The notes below the pieces were generated by a model. It made no database searches and was not told the DNA's origin. It saw nothing but the letters and a program-made list of their open reading frames with translations. A program made the translations under genes and the position numbers. This document shows, piece by piece, positions 19,078-28,586 of a stretch of DNA of 64,000 nucleotides. How positions within the stretch are numbered: the stretch's first letter is position 1; each line of letters begins with the position of its first letter. Source of the stretch: Ostreococcus lucimarinus (taxonomy: Eukaryota); assembly GCA_000092065.1 (NCBI GenBank), contig CP000592.1; one strand, 5' to 3'.

Positions 19078-22000
19078 CTATGAGAGCGTGCCTATTGCTT
19101 CGAAGTCATTCAGCATGTTACGCGAATGCACGGCTTCGAAGATTTTCGTACCGTCGCCTCCGCCGTATCGCAAAATTGCGTCGGCGCCGGCGGGATGGTC
19201 ATCCAAGAAATCGGTAAAGTCGTAAACACGGCCGTACAAAGCCACCCAGCAGTCATCCGCGGAGGCGTGTTTAGCGAGTTCCTCATGCGTGATAATGCGA
19301 TCTCGTTTCGGTATCTTCAGTTTCGGTACCTCCGTCGCGGCAGATGGCGCATCCGTGTTTGAGACAATGTTCACGTTCGTGCCGACGAGCCGCCCGAACA
19401 CCGCGCACTCAGTGAGCGCATTTCCACCTAGACGATTCTTGCCGTGCACACCACCGATGATTTCCCCAGCGGCAAATAATCCAGCGACGGGCGTTCCATC
19501 AGCTCGCACGACTCGTCCATAGCTATCAACCTTGACACCACCCATGGTGTAATGTACCACTGGCGTGACTCGCCCGGCGTAAAACGGCCCAGAAACTTTG
19601 AAAGGCGCGTTAGCAAAGTATGTCTTGTTGAATTCATCGAGACCCGCATTGGCTTGGTCGTTGTACTGCTCCAACGTCGCACGAAGCTGAGACTCCGTCG
19701 TGTTTCCACGGACGGACATCCACTTCGTCAAATCCGCGAGTGTGTCGAACTTGGTCATCAGGTTCTTCTTCACGTAAAGCGGCACATGCTTGTTCGCTTC
19801 GCTCGCGCCTTTTTCATCAAGCAGTAACACGAAGTCGAGCTTTTCTGCGTCTTCTTCTTGCATGCGAGCGCTGACGTAATCACGCGTGCCAAGCTCGTTG
19901 GCAAATCGTTTACCCGAACGATTCAATAGAATACCACCCGCACCTCGGAGTAATTCTGCGGCAAGCGTTTTCGTGTCGGCGCCCTCGTCTTCAGGATTGA
20001 TGAAGCCCGTGGGATGTACTTGAACGCGTTGCATGTCAACAGCACCAGCGCCTAATCCAAAAGCGAGCTTGTGTCCATCACCGGTCGTGCCTTTCGTGTT
20101 TGTCGTGGCGAACTTTGTGAGCTGAGGCGCGTACTTGCTCAGTAATGCGTCTTCTCCTTGCTTGTCATTCGAGTATCCCCCGGTGGCGAGCAGCACGTGG
20201 CGTGCTCTGACTTCGCCGCCTACATTACTACCATTCGAACCATCGGATGGCGTCCAACGCACGGCATTGATCGCGCCATCTTCAGCAGTGATTATTTCAC
20301 TCACCCTAGCCTTTTTCACCACTTTAAATCGCCCAGATTGAATGTAGTCTTCGCATTTCCCTTTGAGTGCGAAAACGAGAGACGATCCCGCCATACCTTC
20401 GTTCGGTCTGTACGTACGAGCGTAGCTGTGCCCTCCAAGCCTCGAAAGTAGGCTTAAATCGGCGCCAACGCGTCGACGAAGCCATTCAATCGTGGCACCA
20501 GCCTGGCTAGTGAGCGTCGGGATATGTTCGACGGTTTCGGGATCGAGATTTTCGCGACCGTTGCCGTTTCCGTAGGAGGATTTTTCGCAGTCGTCTGAAT
20601 ACGCTTCGACGCTGTCGGGATTATCTTCAAACGAAGTCTTGATCACTCCGTTGATCCCCGAAGACGCCCACTGAGAATTACCACCAACATATGCCTCTTT
20701 CTCTACCAACGTCACCCTACCGCCACGATCGAGCACGGTGAGTGAAGCCGTCAAGCCCGCTAAACCGCCGCCGACGACGACCAAGTCAACCGGGGGGTCA
20801 TCTTCAATGCCGCCTTTGGGTAGGGGTACGCCGAGTGCGCGAAGCGCGTGTTCGATGAATCTCCACGGCATGCTCTCAGCGTAGTACTTTGCTAAGACGA
20901 CAACTTTTGGATTATCCTCGAGCATTGCGCTCACGATGGCTGCCTCTGATTCTGGCGTCAACGCGCCAGATTTCACGTACGTCGCGGTAGCTGCAATCGC
21001 CGCCTCCAGTGGGCTCTGCTCCACCTTTTGACCGCCTTCAGTTTCGCGCAGATGTAAACCAACGCTTTCCAAATCTACTGAGCTCTTCAACGCGTCCTGC
21101 CTCGCCGCATTCATGAGTTCGGGCACTTTGCGAATGGCGTGACTAAACTTTGCAATGGTGTTCACAAGAGCCACCACCTCTTGCTTGTTCAAAGAAGACT
21201 CCAAGAGATCTTCGGGCAAGAGCAAGACTTTCAACGCCGAACCAAGACCCAAGAGTTGAAGTTTACCGTGAAGCTTGCACTTTTGACACGAAATGCAGTC
21301 CATGACTTCGCTAATGTTCAAGAAGATGTCTTTGAACTGGCTCTTCAGCGACACCGGCGCGAGAAGCTCTTCTCCCACTCCGCTGATCATTCCCGAGTTC
21401 GCACTCAACGTCGACTGCACATCGCGAAAAAGAGACTTTTCATCGAAAGCACCGAAGACATCGCGACAAGACGACAAAATGTGGCTTTCCAGCAAGCGAC
21501 TCATCAAAGCGTGCGTTCGCTCGTCCTCTTCGGCGTCTTGACCGATGCGAACGTCCATCTTCGACAGCGCCGGGGCCGCCTTACGAAGCGCTCTCAAGAG
21601 GACGACGAAAGAAAAGTGCAAGTTTTTCAGACGTTCTGGGTGCTTGGCGAATATTTCCACGAACTTTTTGGGATCGCTTCCCCACTCCGTTTCCCCGAGC
21701 GCGCGTTTCGGAGGCTTGGAGTGAAGCGCGATGTGGATGTTGATGCTCGAATGCATGCCGGACAAAAGGCGATACAGCACCCGCTCTTCGTAGCACATTT
21801 CATCCACGCTCGACGCCGACTTTAAGCAATTCTCTTCGTAAATGGCCCGCCAAACGTGCGATCCGTTGTATCCAGTCCATCGCTCTGGATTCAGCTGCAA
21901 GTTTACGTACTCTGTTTGCTCCTCGGGCGCAAACTTGTGGCACATGTCCGTCCAAAACGTCGGCAAATCCTCATCCGAGCATTCCGTTTCCGGGACGTCG

Positions 22001-22593
22001 ATGGACGTCAACGCCTCCGCCTCGGGCGTACTGATGGTTCGATCAACGCTATCCGTCACCGGGCTCCGCAGCGTCGGTTCCGAGCCATCCTTATGTTCCA
22101 AATCTAGCGAGCACATCGTCTTCGGCGGCGACGCCGACGACGACGACGCGAACGGGGCGGAAGAAAAACCACCACCGCCGTGACCACCGTCACCGAACGC
22201 CGCGGTCGCACCGGACGGCGCCTCGCACGACGGCTCCGTCTCCGTCTTCGTCTCCGCGCCTTCCGTCGCCTTCCAAAACTTACACGTCCGTTTCAAATCC
22301 ACTTGAAACAACCTAAAATACGTCGTATTCGTCAACTCACTGAGAATAGAGTGTAACTGCGCCTCGTTCGCGCCCTCGACGTCCTCCACGTCGCACGACG
22401 CGTCCCCGACCGCGCCTCGCACCGCGTCGCGCGAGCGCGTCTCGCCTTCGCCTTCCCCTTCGCCCGTCGCCACCCCCGCGCCCCGCGCGCCGACGCTCGA
22501 CGCCACCGCGACGACCGCGATCGCGCCCACGAGCACCATCCACCATCGTCCGCGTCGTTCGCGTCCGCGTCCGCGCGTCCGCGTCGTCGCCAT
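19078..22593 (-). CDS. Tripartite fusion: ERO1 (ER oxidoreductin) + soluble FAD fumarate reductase (Osm1/Frd1 type) + cytochrome b5. The start was moved to the internal ATG at 22593 (a signal anchor).
   Basis: See finding 1. ERO1 motifs: [51 protein letters not shown]. Fumarate reductase motifs: [49 protein letters not shown]. Cyt b5: [22 protein letters not shown]. The N-terminus [26 protein letters not shown] is a signal anchor. The track ORF starts at a GTG at 22923. Confidence 0.8.
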   Translation of the reverse strand: MATTRTRGRGRERRGRWWMVLVGAIAVVAVASSVGARGAGVATGEGEGEGETRSRDAVRGAVGDASCDVEDVEGANEAQLHSILSELTNTTYFRLFQVDLKRTCKFWKATEGAETKTETEPSCEAPSGATAAFGDGGHGGGGFSSAPFASSSSASPPKTMCSLDLEHKDGSEPTLRSPVTDSVDRTISTPEAEALTSIDVPETECSDEDLPTFWTDMCHKFAPEEQTEYVNLQLNPERWTGYNGSHVWRAIYEENCLKSASSVDEMCYEERVLYRLLSGMHSSINIHIALHSKPPKRALGETEWGSDPKKFVEIFAKHPERLKNLHFSFVVLLRALRKAAPALSKMDVRIGQDAEEDERTHALMSRLLESHILSSCRDVFGAFDEKSLFRDVQSTLSANSGMISGVGEELLAPVSLKSQFKDIFLNISEVMDCISCQKCKLHGKLQLLGLGSALKVLLLPEDLLESSLNKQEVVALVNTIAKFSHAIRKVPELMNAARQDALKSSVDLESVGLHLRETEGGQKVEQSPLEAAIAATATYVKSGALTPESEAAIVSAMLEDNPKVVVLAKYYAESMPWRFIEHALRALGVPLPKGGIEDDPPVDLVVVGGGLAGLTASLTVLDRGGRVTLVEKEAYVGGNSQWASSGINGVIKTSFEDNPDSVEAYSDDCEKSSYGNGNGRENLDPETVEHIPTLTSQAGATIEWLRRRVGADLSLLSRLGGHSYARTYRPNEGMAGSSLVFALKGKCEDYIQSGRFKVVKKARVSEIITAEDGAINAVRWTPSDGSNGSNVGGEVRARHVLLATGGYSNDKQGEDALLSKYAPQLTKFATTNTKGTTGDGHKLAFGLGAGAVDMQRVQVHPTGFINPEDEGADTKTLAAELLRGAGGILLNRSGKRFANELGTRDYVSARMQEEDAEKLDFVLLLDEKGASEANKHVPLYVKKNLMTKFDTLADLTKWMSVRGNTTESQLRATLEQYNDQANAGLDEFNKTYFANAPFKVSGPFYAGRVTPVVHYTMGGVKVDSYGRVVRADGTPVAGLFAAGEIIGGVHGKNRLGGNALTECAVFGRLVGTNVNIVSNTDAPSAATEVPKLKIPKRDRIITHEELAKHASADDCWVALYGRVYDFTDFLDDHPAGADAILRYGGGDGTKIFEAVHSRNMLNDFEAIGTLS

Positions 22594-22626
22594 CGTCGCG
22601 AACCAATCAATCAATCCGTCGCGCGG

Positions 22627-22708
22627 TCGAACCGAACCGCGCCGAACCGCGCCGAACCGCGCCGAACCGCGCCGAACCGCGCCGAACCGCGCCGAACCGA
22701 ACCGATCC
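22627..22708. repeat. 10-bp tandem repeat (gccgaaccgc), about 7 copies, in the divergent upstream region of the ERO1-fusion gene
   Basis: Direct read: gccgaaccgc is repeated head-to-tail from about 22631 to about 22700. It translates as a [10 protein letters not shown] periodic peptide inside the rejected upstream extension of the track ORF. Confidence 0.7.
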
Positions 22709-23294
22709 GCGACGCCCGCCCGCCCCCTCGCCCGCGCCCCCCCGCGCGCGCGTCGCTCGCGTCGCGCGATGCCGCCGCGATCGGTCGCCCGCGCCGTCTC
22801 CATCGCACATTCGTCGATCGCTCGTTCGCGTCGATCGACGATCGACCGATCGCCCGTTCGACGCGCGATCGGTCGAACGGCCCTCGGGGGCGAAACACAC
22901 CACCGCGGGCGGACCCGAAACACCGCGACAGCGGACCAAACGATGTTACGTATTTAACATTCACTTTACACTAGATGGTATTTTCCGCGACTCGCCGATC
23001 TCGACACGCGCCCGACGTCTTTCGGTCGCCGTTTCGCGCCGCGCGACGACGGCGGCGACGACGCCGCGCGACGGCGACGACGCCGCGCGACGCGACGCGA
23101 CGCGAAGAGTCGACGCTCGACGCTCGACGCTCGACGCGCGCGCGTCGCGACGCGTCGACGCGTTCGGCGCGCGTCGAGCGGCTCGGATCGGAGTTCGTTG
23201 GGCGCCGCCGCCGATCGACGATCGCGCGGGCGCGACGCGGATTCGAGGGCGCGCGCGACGCGCGGCGACGAGCGATCGACGACGATCGTCGACG

Positions 23295-24224
23295 ATGGGG
23301 AGGGGGACGGGGAGCGACGCGACGGCGCGGGCGGCGGAGGCGAGGACGAGGGCGCGGGACGACGACGCGAGGGCGGACGCGCGGGGCGACGCGAACGCGA
23401 ACGCGAACGCGAACGCGAACGCGAACGCGAACGCGGCGAGACCGCCGTATGCGGCGATGACGGTGTATCCGGCGGTGTACGGGGCGTACGATGCGATGCG
23501 AGCGATGTCGCCGATGACGTACGACGCGTACGCGGGCGCGGCGCGCGCGGTGGCGGTGCCGGGGGATTCGTTTTCGAGACAGATTCAGGAGCGGGCGTAC
23601 GCGAGCGCGTTTACGTTTACGCGGCAGTGGAATTATTTGCAACACGCGGCGGCGGCGCAGCACGCGGCGTTCGCGTCGGGGAGTCGTGGGGGTGGAACGA
23701 TGATGGATCTTCTCGCCGCCACCGGTTCGGCGGCGGCTGAGCGCGATATCGGCGTCGAGCGCGAGGTGGAGCTGAGCAAGCGACAGCGGTTGGTGTGGAC
23801 GCCGCAACTGCACGCGCAATTCATCGCGGCGGTGCAAAAGCTCGGGGTTAAGACGGCGGTGCCGAAGGCGATTATGAAAATAATGAATGTCAAAGGGTTG
23901 ACGCGTGAAAACGTCGCTTCGCATTTGCAGAAGTATCGTCTGACGCTCAAACGAGCGCAGGATAGCTCTGAATCGACCCGGGCGTCGGGAGACGCGACAG
24001 ACGCGAAGAGAAGCGACGTCCGCGCGGGACGTAAGAGGAAAGATCGCGAAGAAAAAGGTAAAACCAACAGTGGAAGCGGCCAGGGAAGCGGCCAGGGAAG
24101 TGACGGTGGAAGTGCCGAGCATAGCGCGAGTGAAAACCTCGAGAATCGCGCCAAGCGAATTTCTTCCAGCGAAGAAGAAGAGACGCGACAAATTACGCTC
24201 GCCGTCGACCACAACGACGAATAA
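23295..24224 (+). CDS. GARP-family (G2-like) Myb transcription factor
   Basis: 309-aa ORF with ATG at 23295. The GARP DNA-binding domain reads [55 protein letters not shown] (SHLQKYR signature). It has an (AN)8 tract encoded by (gcgaac)n and an acidic C-terminus. Confidence 0.7.
   Translation: MGRGTGSDATARAAEARTRARDDDARADARGDANANANANANANANAARPPYAAMTVYPAVYGAYDAMRAMSPMTYDAYAGAARAVAVPGDSFSRQIQERAYASAFTFTRQWNYLQHAAAAQHAAFASGSRGGGTMMDLLAATGSAAAERDIGVEREVELSKRQRLVWTPQLHAQFIAAVQKLGVKTAVPKAIMKIMNVKGLTRENVASHLQKYRLTLKRAQDSSESTRASGDATDAKRSDVRAGRKRKDREEKGKTNSGSGQGSGQGSDGGSAEHSASENLENRAKRISSSEEEETRQITLAVDHNDE
23391..23436 (+). repeat. (gcgaac)n hexanucleotide microsatellite, about 7.5 copies, inside the GARP CDS
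   Basis: Direct read. It encodes ANANANANANANANA. Confidence 0.7.
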
Positions 24225-24323
24225 TTAGCGCAGCACGCGCTTGTATGTAGACTACGCCGACGCTCGATGATTCACAGGGCGCGCAAGAACGCCGAAATCG
24301 TCGACATCACCCTCCAATTTTGT

Positions 24324-24328
24324 TGTAA
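24324..24328 (+). promoter_or_regulatory. TGTAA putative polyadenylation signal in the convergent 3' region between the GARP and FTO genes
   Basis: UGUAA is the characteristic poly(A) signal of chlorophyte algae. Similar TGTAA pentamers occur 7-25 nt after the stops at about 9617 (Myb gene) and about 19045 (gene 17782..19038). Confidence 0.3.
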
Positions 24329-24410
24329 ACAAGAGACAAGCACAATTTCTATGCACACGATGCAATGTCTGAACTACAATTTCTAAACTCTACGCGACGG
24401 ATCGATAGAT

Positions 24411-25670
24411 TCACACTTTGTTTTGCTCCTCCTCGAGAAAGTAAATCACGGGTTTGAGCTCGAACGGAAGGGGAGAAGTATTGTCGTACGCGGGCAGATC
24501 AACTGGACGTTGCGACGGCGGTAGCGACGCGTACGCCGACGCCTTGGTTCGCTTCGTGTACTCGTCTCGCAACTCCTTGACGGTTTTCAGCGCGTAAAGC
24601 AGCATCGCGTACGCTCGAGGCGGCGACTCGGGCGAGCGAGATGAACGCTTGAGCTTGGACAAAATCACTCGAAAGCAAGCCTCCATGCGATCCCACGCCT
24701 CGGTGAGCTCGGCGATTTTTCTCGTCCAATACGTATCGTGCCACGCCGCGTGTGCTTCGCCTTGCAGGTGAAACATTCTAATCCATTGAAATTCAACCTC
24801 GCGATGGACGTCGGCTAAGAACTGTATCTGTTTCGCATCCAAAGGTTTATTCTCGCGCTCTAAGTCTGGTACAATTGCGAGCGCATCGATACACCGCCTT
24901 TTGATGTACTGGAACGTATCCTTGGCCACCACGGCGACTCGATGTGTCGAAGAATATCTCGCACTCGAGCCGGTGAGCACGGCGTGATGGTGAGTGGCGT
25001 TGAACTCACCACACATGTAATACGTCGCTTTATCCTCCAAAGGCACGCAAAGCACCTCGCACTCCGCGTTCAACGCCCTCAGCGCCACTCGCCAGTCTTT
25101 TCTCTCTGGCGCCTCGTATGTGTGATACACCGCCACGGTGGAGTTTTCTCGCAACGACGAATCGCTGTGCCAACTCACCGACGTCGTCCCGAGATCGAAC
25201 TTCTCCTCATTCCGTAGCTCTATTTCGCTCTCACCCTCTGTTTCCATGTAATTAATCAGCGTCACGTTGTATTCGCACTCACTCTCCGCGAACGCTCCGC
25301 CGAGCTTTTCGCATCGCTCTCGCGCGCTCCTCGTCAGCGTCTCGTTCAACCGTCTCACCACTTCGTACGCCTCCCGTCCGCGCCACGGTTGCGCAAACAG
25401 GCGTAACTTCTGATAATGATACGTCATTCCGTCCTCACCGAGCAGGCAGCGCCGCACGTACGTCGTGGACACTTTATTTCCGGCGGAAACGACGTCGTGC
25501 GTGAATTCGCCTCGGCTGCGCATGTCGTCGAACGCGCGTTCGACGTCGTCGTGAAGCGACGCGGGAAGCACCGAGGGCGCGTCCACGACGAAACCGCGGT
25601 AGTGCGCTCGATGGACGCGCGCGAACGGTTCGCCGTCCTCGGGTTCGAGCACGGAGGATGACGGCGACAT
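24411..25670 (-). CDS. FTO: FTO-like alpha-ketoglutarate/Fe(II)-dependent dioxygenase
   Basis: 419-aa ORF with ATG at 25670. It matches the FTO catalytic core: TYHYQKLRLFAQPW (cf. TYKYLNTRLFTVPW) and EYNVTLINYMET...TSVSWHSDSSLRENSTVAVYHTYE (cf. AYNVTLLNFMDP...[25 protein letters not shown]), with an FTO-like helical C-terminal domain. Confidence 0.75.
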   Translation of the reverse strand: MSPSSSVLEPEDGEPFARVHRAHYRGFVVDAPSVLPASLHDDVERAFDDMRSRGEFTHDVVSAGNKVSTTYVRRCLLGEDGMTYHYQKLRLFAQPWRGREAYEVVRRLNETLTRSARERCEKLGGAFAESECEYNVTLINYMETEGESEIELRNEEKFDLGTTSVSWHSDSSLRENSTVAVYHTYEAPERKDWRVALRALNAECEVLCVPLEDKATYYMCGEFNATHHHAVLTGSSARYSSTHRVAVVAKDTFQYIKRRCIDALAIVPDLERENKPLDAKQIQFLADVHREVEFQWIRMFHLQGEAHAAWHDTYWTRKIAELTEAWDRMEACFRVILSKLKRSSRSPESPPRAYAMLLYALKTVKELRDEYTKRTKASAYASLPPSQRPVDLPAYDNTSPLPFELKPVIYFLEEEQNKV

Positions 25671-25876
25671 GACGCGAGGGACAGTGACGGCGGCGGTTGT
25701 GTCGCGCTTTTCGCTCTGAGCAGTCGTTCGCGAACGCGCGCGAGCGGCGAAGTCATGAAGCGCGTGAAAGTGCGTGAAAGAGTTTAAATTACACGATTCT
25801 AAATGCGGTTAAGTTGCTTATTCATTTCTCGTCCAAGATCGACGGGCGATTGAGAGACTTCGGTTTCGCGGTTTGC

Positions 25877-26780
25877 TCACATGGCGGCGAAGAGCGTGGC
25901 GCCGAGTCGGGCGACGCCCATGGTGAAGTGCTTCGTGAACTCGGCAGCCTTGAAGGCGGCGGCGTGCTTACGCATCATGTAAAGGTTCATCAAGTTGTCC
26001 ACGGCGTGGAACTTGGCCACGGTGCCGAGAGATTCCTCGGGAAGGATGGTGAACATCTTCATTGTGCCCATCCAGCGAAGAAAGCCGATGGTGGCGGTCC
26101 AGTGGATTGCGATATAATCGGTGGCTTTGATCTTGGACGAGAACCAGCCCGCGACGGTGGCGTCGCCGAAGTGAAGCATGAGCATGTAGTACAACTCCAT
26201 AAGCAAAGAGGCGGCGATGATCTTTTGCTTGACAGTCTTGGAATCCGTGATAAAGTTGCGCATCGGAGTAAGACGCGTCGTACCGCGTTGCGACTCGGCG
26301 AGCAAGATAAACGTGAGCAAGCCCACCTTGGATCCCATCGCGAGCTCCTTGGTCACTTGAAGACCACCGATGCGCGACTTGGCGCCGTGGCACGACATAA
26401 CGGTGATGCGAGAGAAGCATCCGATCATCTGCGCGAATGTGAATCGGTGCAGCGTCGGCTCGGATTGCGTCCTCGCGACGTACACGAGGGCGACCATGGA
26501 CGTTAAGAGCATGATTCCGGTCGCGTGCATCATAAAGTCAGAGATAACGGTGCTCTTAAGACCGTAGTACTTCATCATCGGCTGCGCGAACGCTGTGGCA
26601 TTTAAAATCGCGTATACTCCGTCAGTTCACACCGCGCAACGGTAATTCAGTCAATTCTCCGAACGCATTCGCGCGGTCCGTCGACGCACTCGGAAGTTCG
26701 GGCATGAACTGCAGCCCGTAGCCGAAGCCCGTGGCGGCGGTGAATAACAGGGCGTTTTTTTGTGAAATCATAGTGGCCAT
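25877..26780 (-). CDS. Multi-pass membrane protein (possible TLC/TRAM-LAG1-CLN8-like). Predicted 2 exons: complement(26633..26780) and complement(25877..26592).
   Basis: Two same-strand ORFs (26622..27104 and 25877..26578) are separated by a stop. Exon 1 runs from the ATG at 26780 (MATMISQKNALLFTAATGFGYGL...) to a GT donor. A 40-nt GTGTGA...CCACAG intron (26593..26632) restores the frame: ...ELPLR/AFAQPMMKYYGLKS.... Hydrophobic helices run throughout. The family call is tentative. Confidence 0.4.
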
Positions 26781-27024
26781 CGCGCGAGTTCGTGAGCGTT
26801 TGACGCGCAAAGTTGTGAAGAGTTCGTAATTCGTTTCTCCCGCCAAAAACGTCGCTTCGATCGAATCTGAGCGCGGGGTGGGATGGATCTGCGCGAACCC
26901 AGAGGGCGAGCGAAGAGGGAGAAGAGAGAGGTTGCCTTGGCGCTGGCGCTGGTGGTAAATGAAATAGTTTACAATGTTGTGGTGATGGGTGGTGTGTGAA
27001 ACGGTAAGAGCCGGTCGAGCGCGT

Positions 27025-28248
27025 TTACTCGATGGCGCAACCGTCGGCGTCTTTCCCGTCGATAACGTTGCGCCACCGGCGATAATGTAAACCGAGCTTA
27101 TCATAAGCTACGGGATGGGCCCAAACTCGGGCACCACGCTGCATGCGGTCTTGTTGACCCGTGACTAGACGTAAATCCTCGCCGAGAACTTGGTTCGCCA
27201 TCTCGGTCCAGATGTATTCGATGCCCGGGACGTATTGGGCCCACGAGGCAAAATCGAGGGACATACGGTAGAGCAAACGCGTGTGACCTGGAGTGCTAGG
27301 CAAGCACACGTGGAGCTGATGCAAGTGCTTCTCGCACTCCAACGCGCTGACACCTTCCTTAAACTGCGCACCCTTACCCACTGCGCCCGCTTGCGCCAAG
27401 CCAATGTGGCTGTCAACCATGCACGGCGCCAAAAACTTCATGTCGATGGGGTACGGTTTCCAGCTCCCTTCGCTGCGACCGTTGGCGAGAAAGTTACCCA
27501 TATCGTGCCACCCGTCGCCGTCTTTTCTTAATTTGCGAGACGCAAACTTGACCATGTTTGGCACGCCCCAACCCTTGGCAAAGGTGCCGGTGTGCGTAAA
27601 CGGCGCGTGCGCCAAATCGAGCAAGTTCTCCATCAACAACCCGTGTTCGACGGGAACGTCCTCGATGATGAGTTCTGCGTGAATGGTGTACCCTTCTGGC
27701 GCCGCAAAGTGCGACGGAAGCTCCTCCGTGGGTCCACAATTCATCGAAGGCCACACCATGACGAGCCCGTCCCTCGTCCCCGTCGCCAGCATCGTACGCG
27801 GACTCTTCTTACTCTCGCATTCGTACTGCCCTTCCGCAACCTTGCGCACCACCCACGTCTCATCTAGCAAAACAACCTCGACTTCTTCGTCGATTTCCTT
27901 AAACTTGCTCTCAAACATCACCGGATACCAAAACTCCCGAATCTTACTCTCCTCCCGCGGCGTCTCCAACGAGCTCTCGTCGCAAAACACCCGACGCATC
28001 CCCGGTCGCACCTTTCGACTCACCGCCGCCGCGCTCGTCGCGACGCTCTCCACTTCCGTCTTCACCACGAATCTCTCATCCGCGACGACGCGCGTATCGT
28101 TCGAATCCGTCACCGCTCGCGTCCGCGTCGTCCTCGCCGTCGATCGCGTCCGTACCTTCCCGTCGTCTCTCCCTCGCCCGACCCTCTCTCTTCGCGCCCT
28201 TTCTCCCGCGCGCGCGCCCGTCGACGTCGGCGCTCGCATCGCGCGCAT
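27025..28248 (-). CDS. CAO: Chlorophyllide a oxygenase-like protein carrying only the mononuclear non-heme iron (catalytic) domain, with no Rieske cluster
   Basis: It has a transit-peptide-like N-terminus and the PaO/CAO/Tic55-family motif ENLLDLAHAPFTHTGTF (cf. E-N-L-M-D-P-x-H-x-P-F-x-H). No CxH...CxxH Rieske motif is present. The track start at 28293 is a GTG. The first ATG is at 28248. Confidence 0.6.
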   Translation of the reverse strand: MRAMRAPTSTGARAGERARRERVGRGRDDGKVRTRSTARTTRTRAVTDSNDTRVVADERFVVKTEVESVATSAAAVSRKVRPGMRRVFCDESSLETPREESKIREFWYPVMFESKFKEIDEEVEVVLLDETWVVRKVAEGQYECESKKSPRTMLATGTRDGLVMVWPSMNCGPTEELPSHFAAPEGYTIHAELIIEDVPVEHGLLMENLLDLAHAPFTHTGTFAKGWGVPNMVKFASRKLRKDGDGWHDMGNFLANGRSEGSWKPYPIDMKFLAPCMVDSHIGLAQAGAVGKGAQFKEGVSALECEKHLHQLHVCLPSTPGHTRLLYRMSLDFASWAQYVPGIEYIWTEMANQVLGEDLRLVTGQQDRMQRGARVWAHPVAYDKLGLHYRRWRNVIDGKDADGCAIE

Positions 28249-28586
28249 CTTCACCGTCCCTCGTCCCCGTTCGCTCGTCCGCGCGCGTCGCACGACGCGA
28301 ATGCGTTCGCTCGATTCGTTTGGATACGCTATCCACGATCGCGACGCGCGCGACGCGAAACGCGCGCGCGCGTCGCGTCGTCGCGCGTCGCGCGTCGGCT
28401 ATCCCGAGCGGAGGCGTCTTCGGGCGACCGCGCGTCGACCGGGCGCGCGCGCGGGCGTGCGCGACGGCGTGTGACGCGGCGCGCGCGCGCGTATCCCGGT
28501 ATCCCGGTTGGCGCGCTGCGCTGGCGCCGCGCGAGGTGTGATTTCGTGCATTTTTGGATTTTTGATTTCGCATCCGTCCGTCTGCG

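Noticed and set aside
22627-22708. 10-bp tandem repeat considered as a possible mobile-element terminal repeat
   Set aside because: It is a simple head-to-tail array with no flanking inverted repeats, target-site duplication or transposase ORF, so it is treated as a promoter minisatellite.
22594-22964. GTG-initiated upstream extension of the ERO1-fusion ORF, and ORFs 22607..22939 and 22611..22964
   Set aside because: All three are translations of the 10-bp tandem repeat and the GC-rich promoter. There is no ATG, and the signal-anchor ATG at 22593 is the natural start.
22971-24212. 413-aa minus ORF, extremely Arg-rich
   Set aside because: It is antisense to the GARP gene and is the translation of its repeat.
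25814-26506. 230-aa plus ORF
   Set aside because: It is antisense to the membrane-protein gene. It is Gly/His/Arg-rich with no domains.
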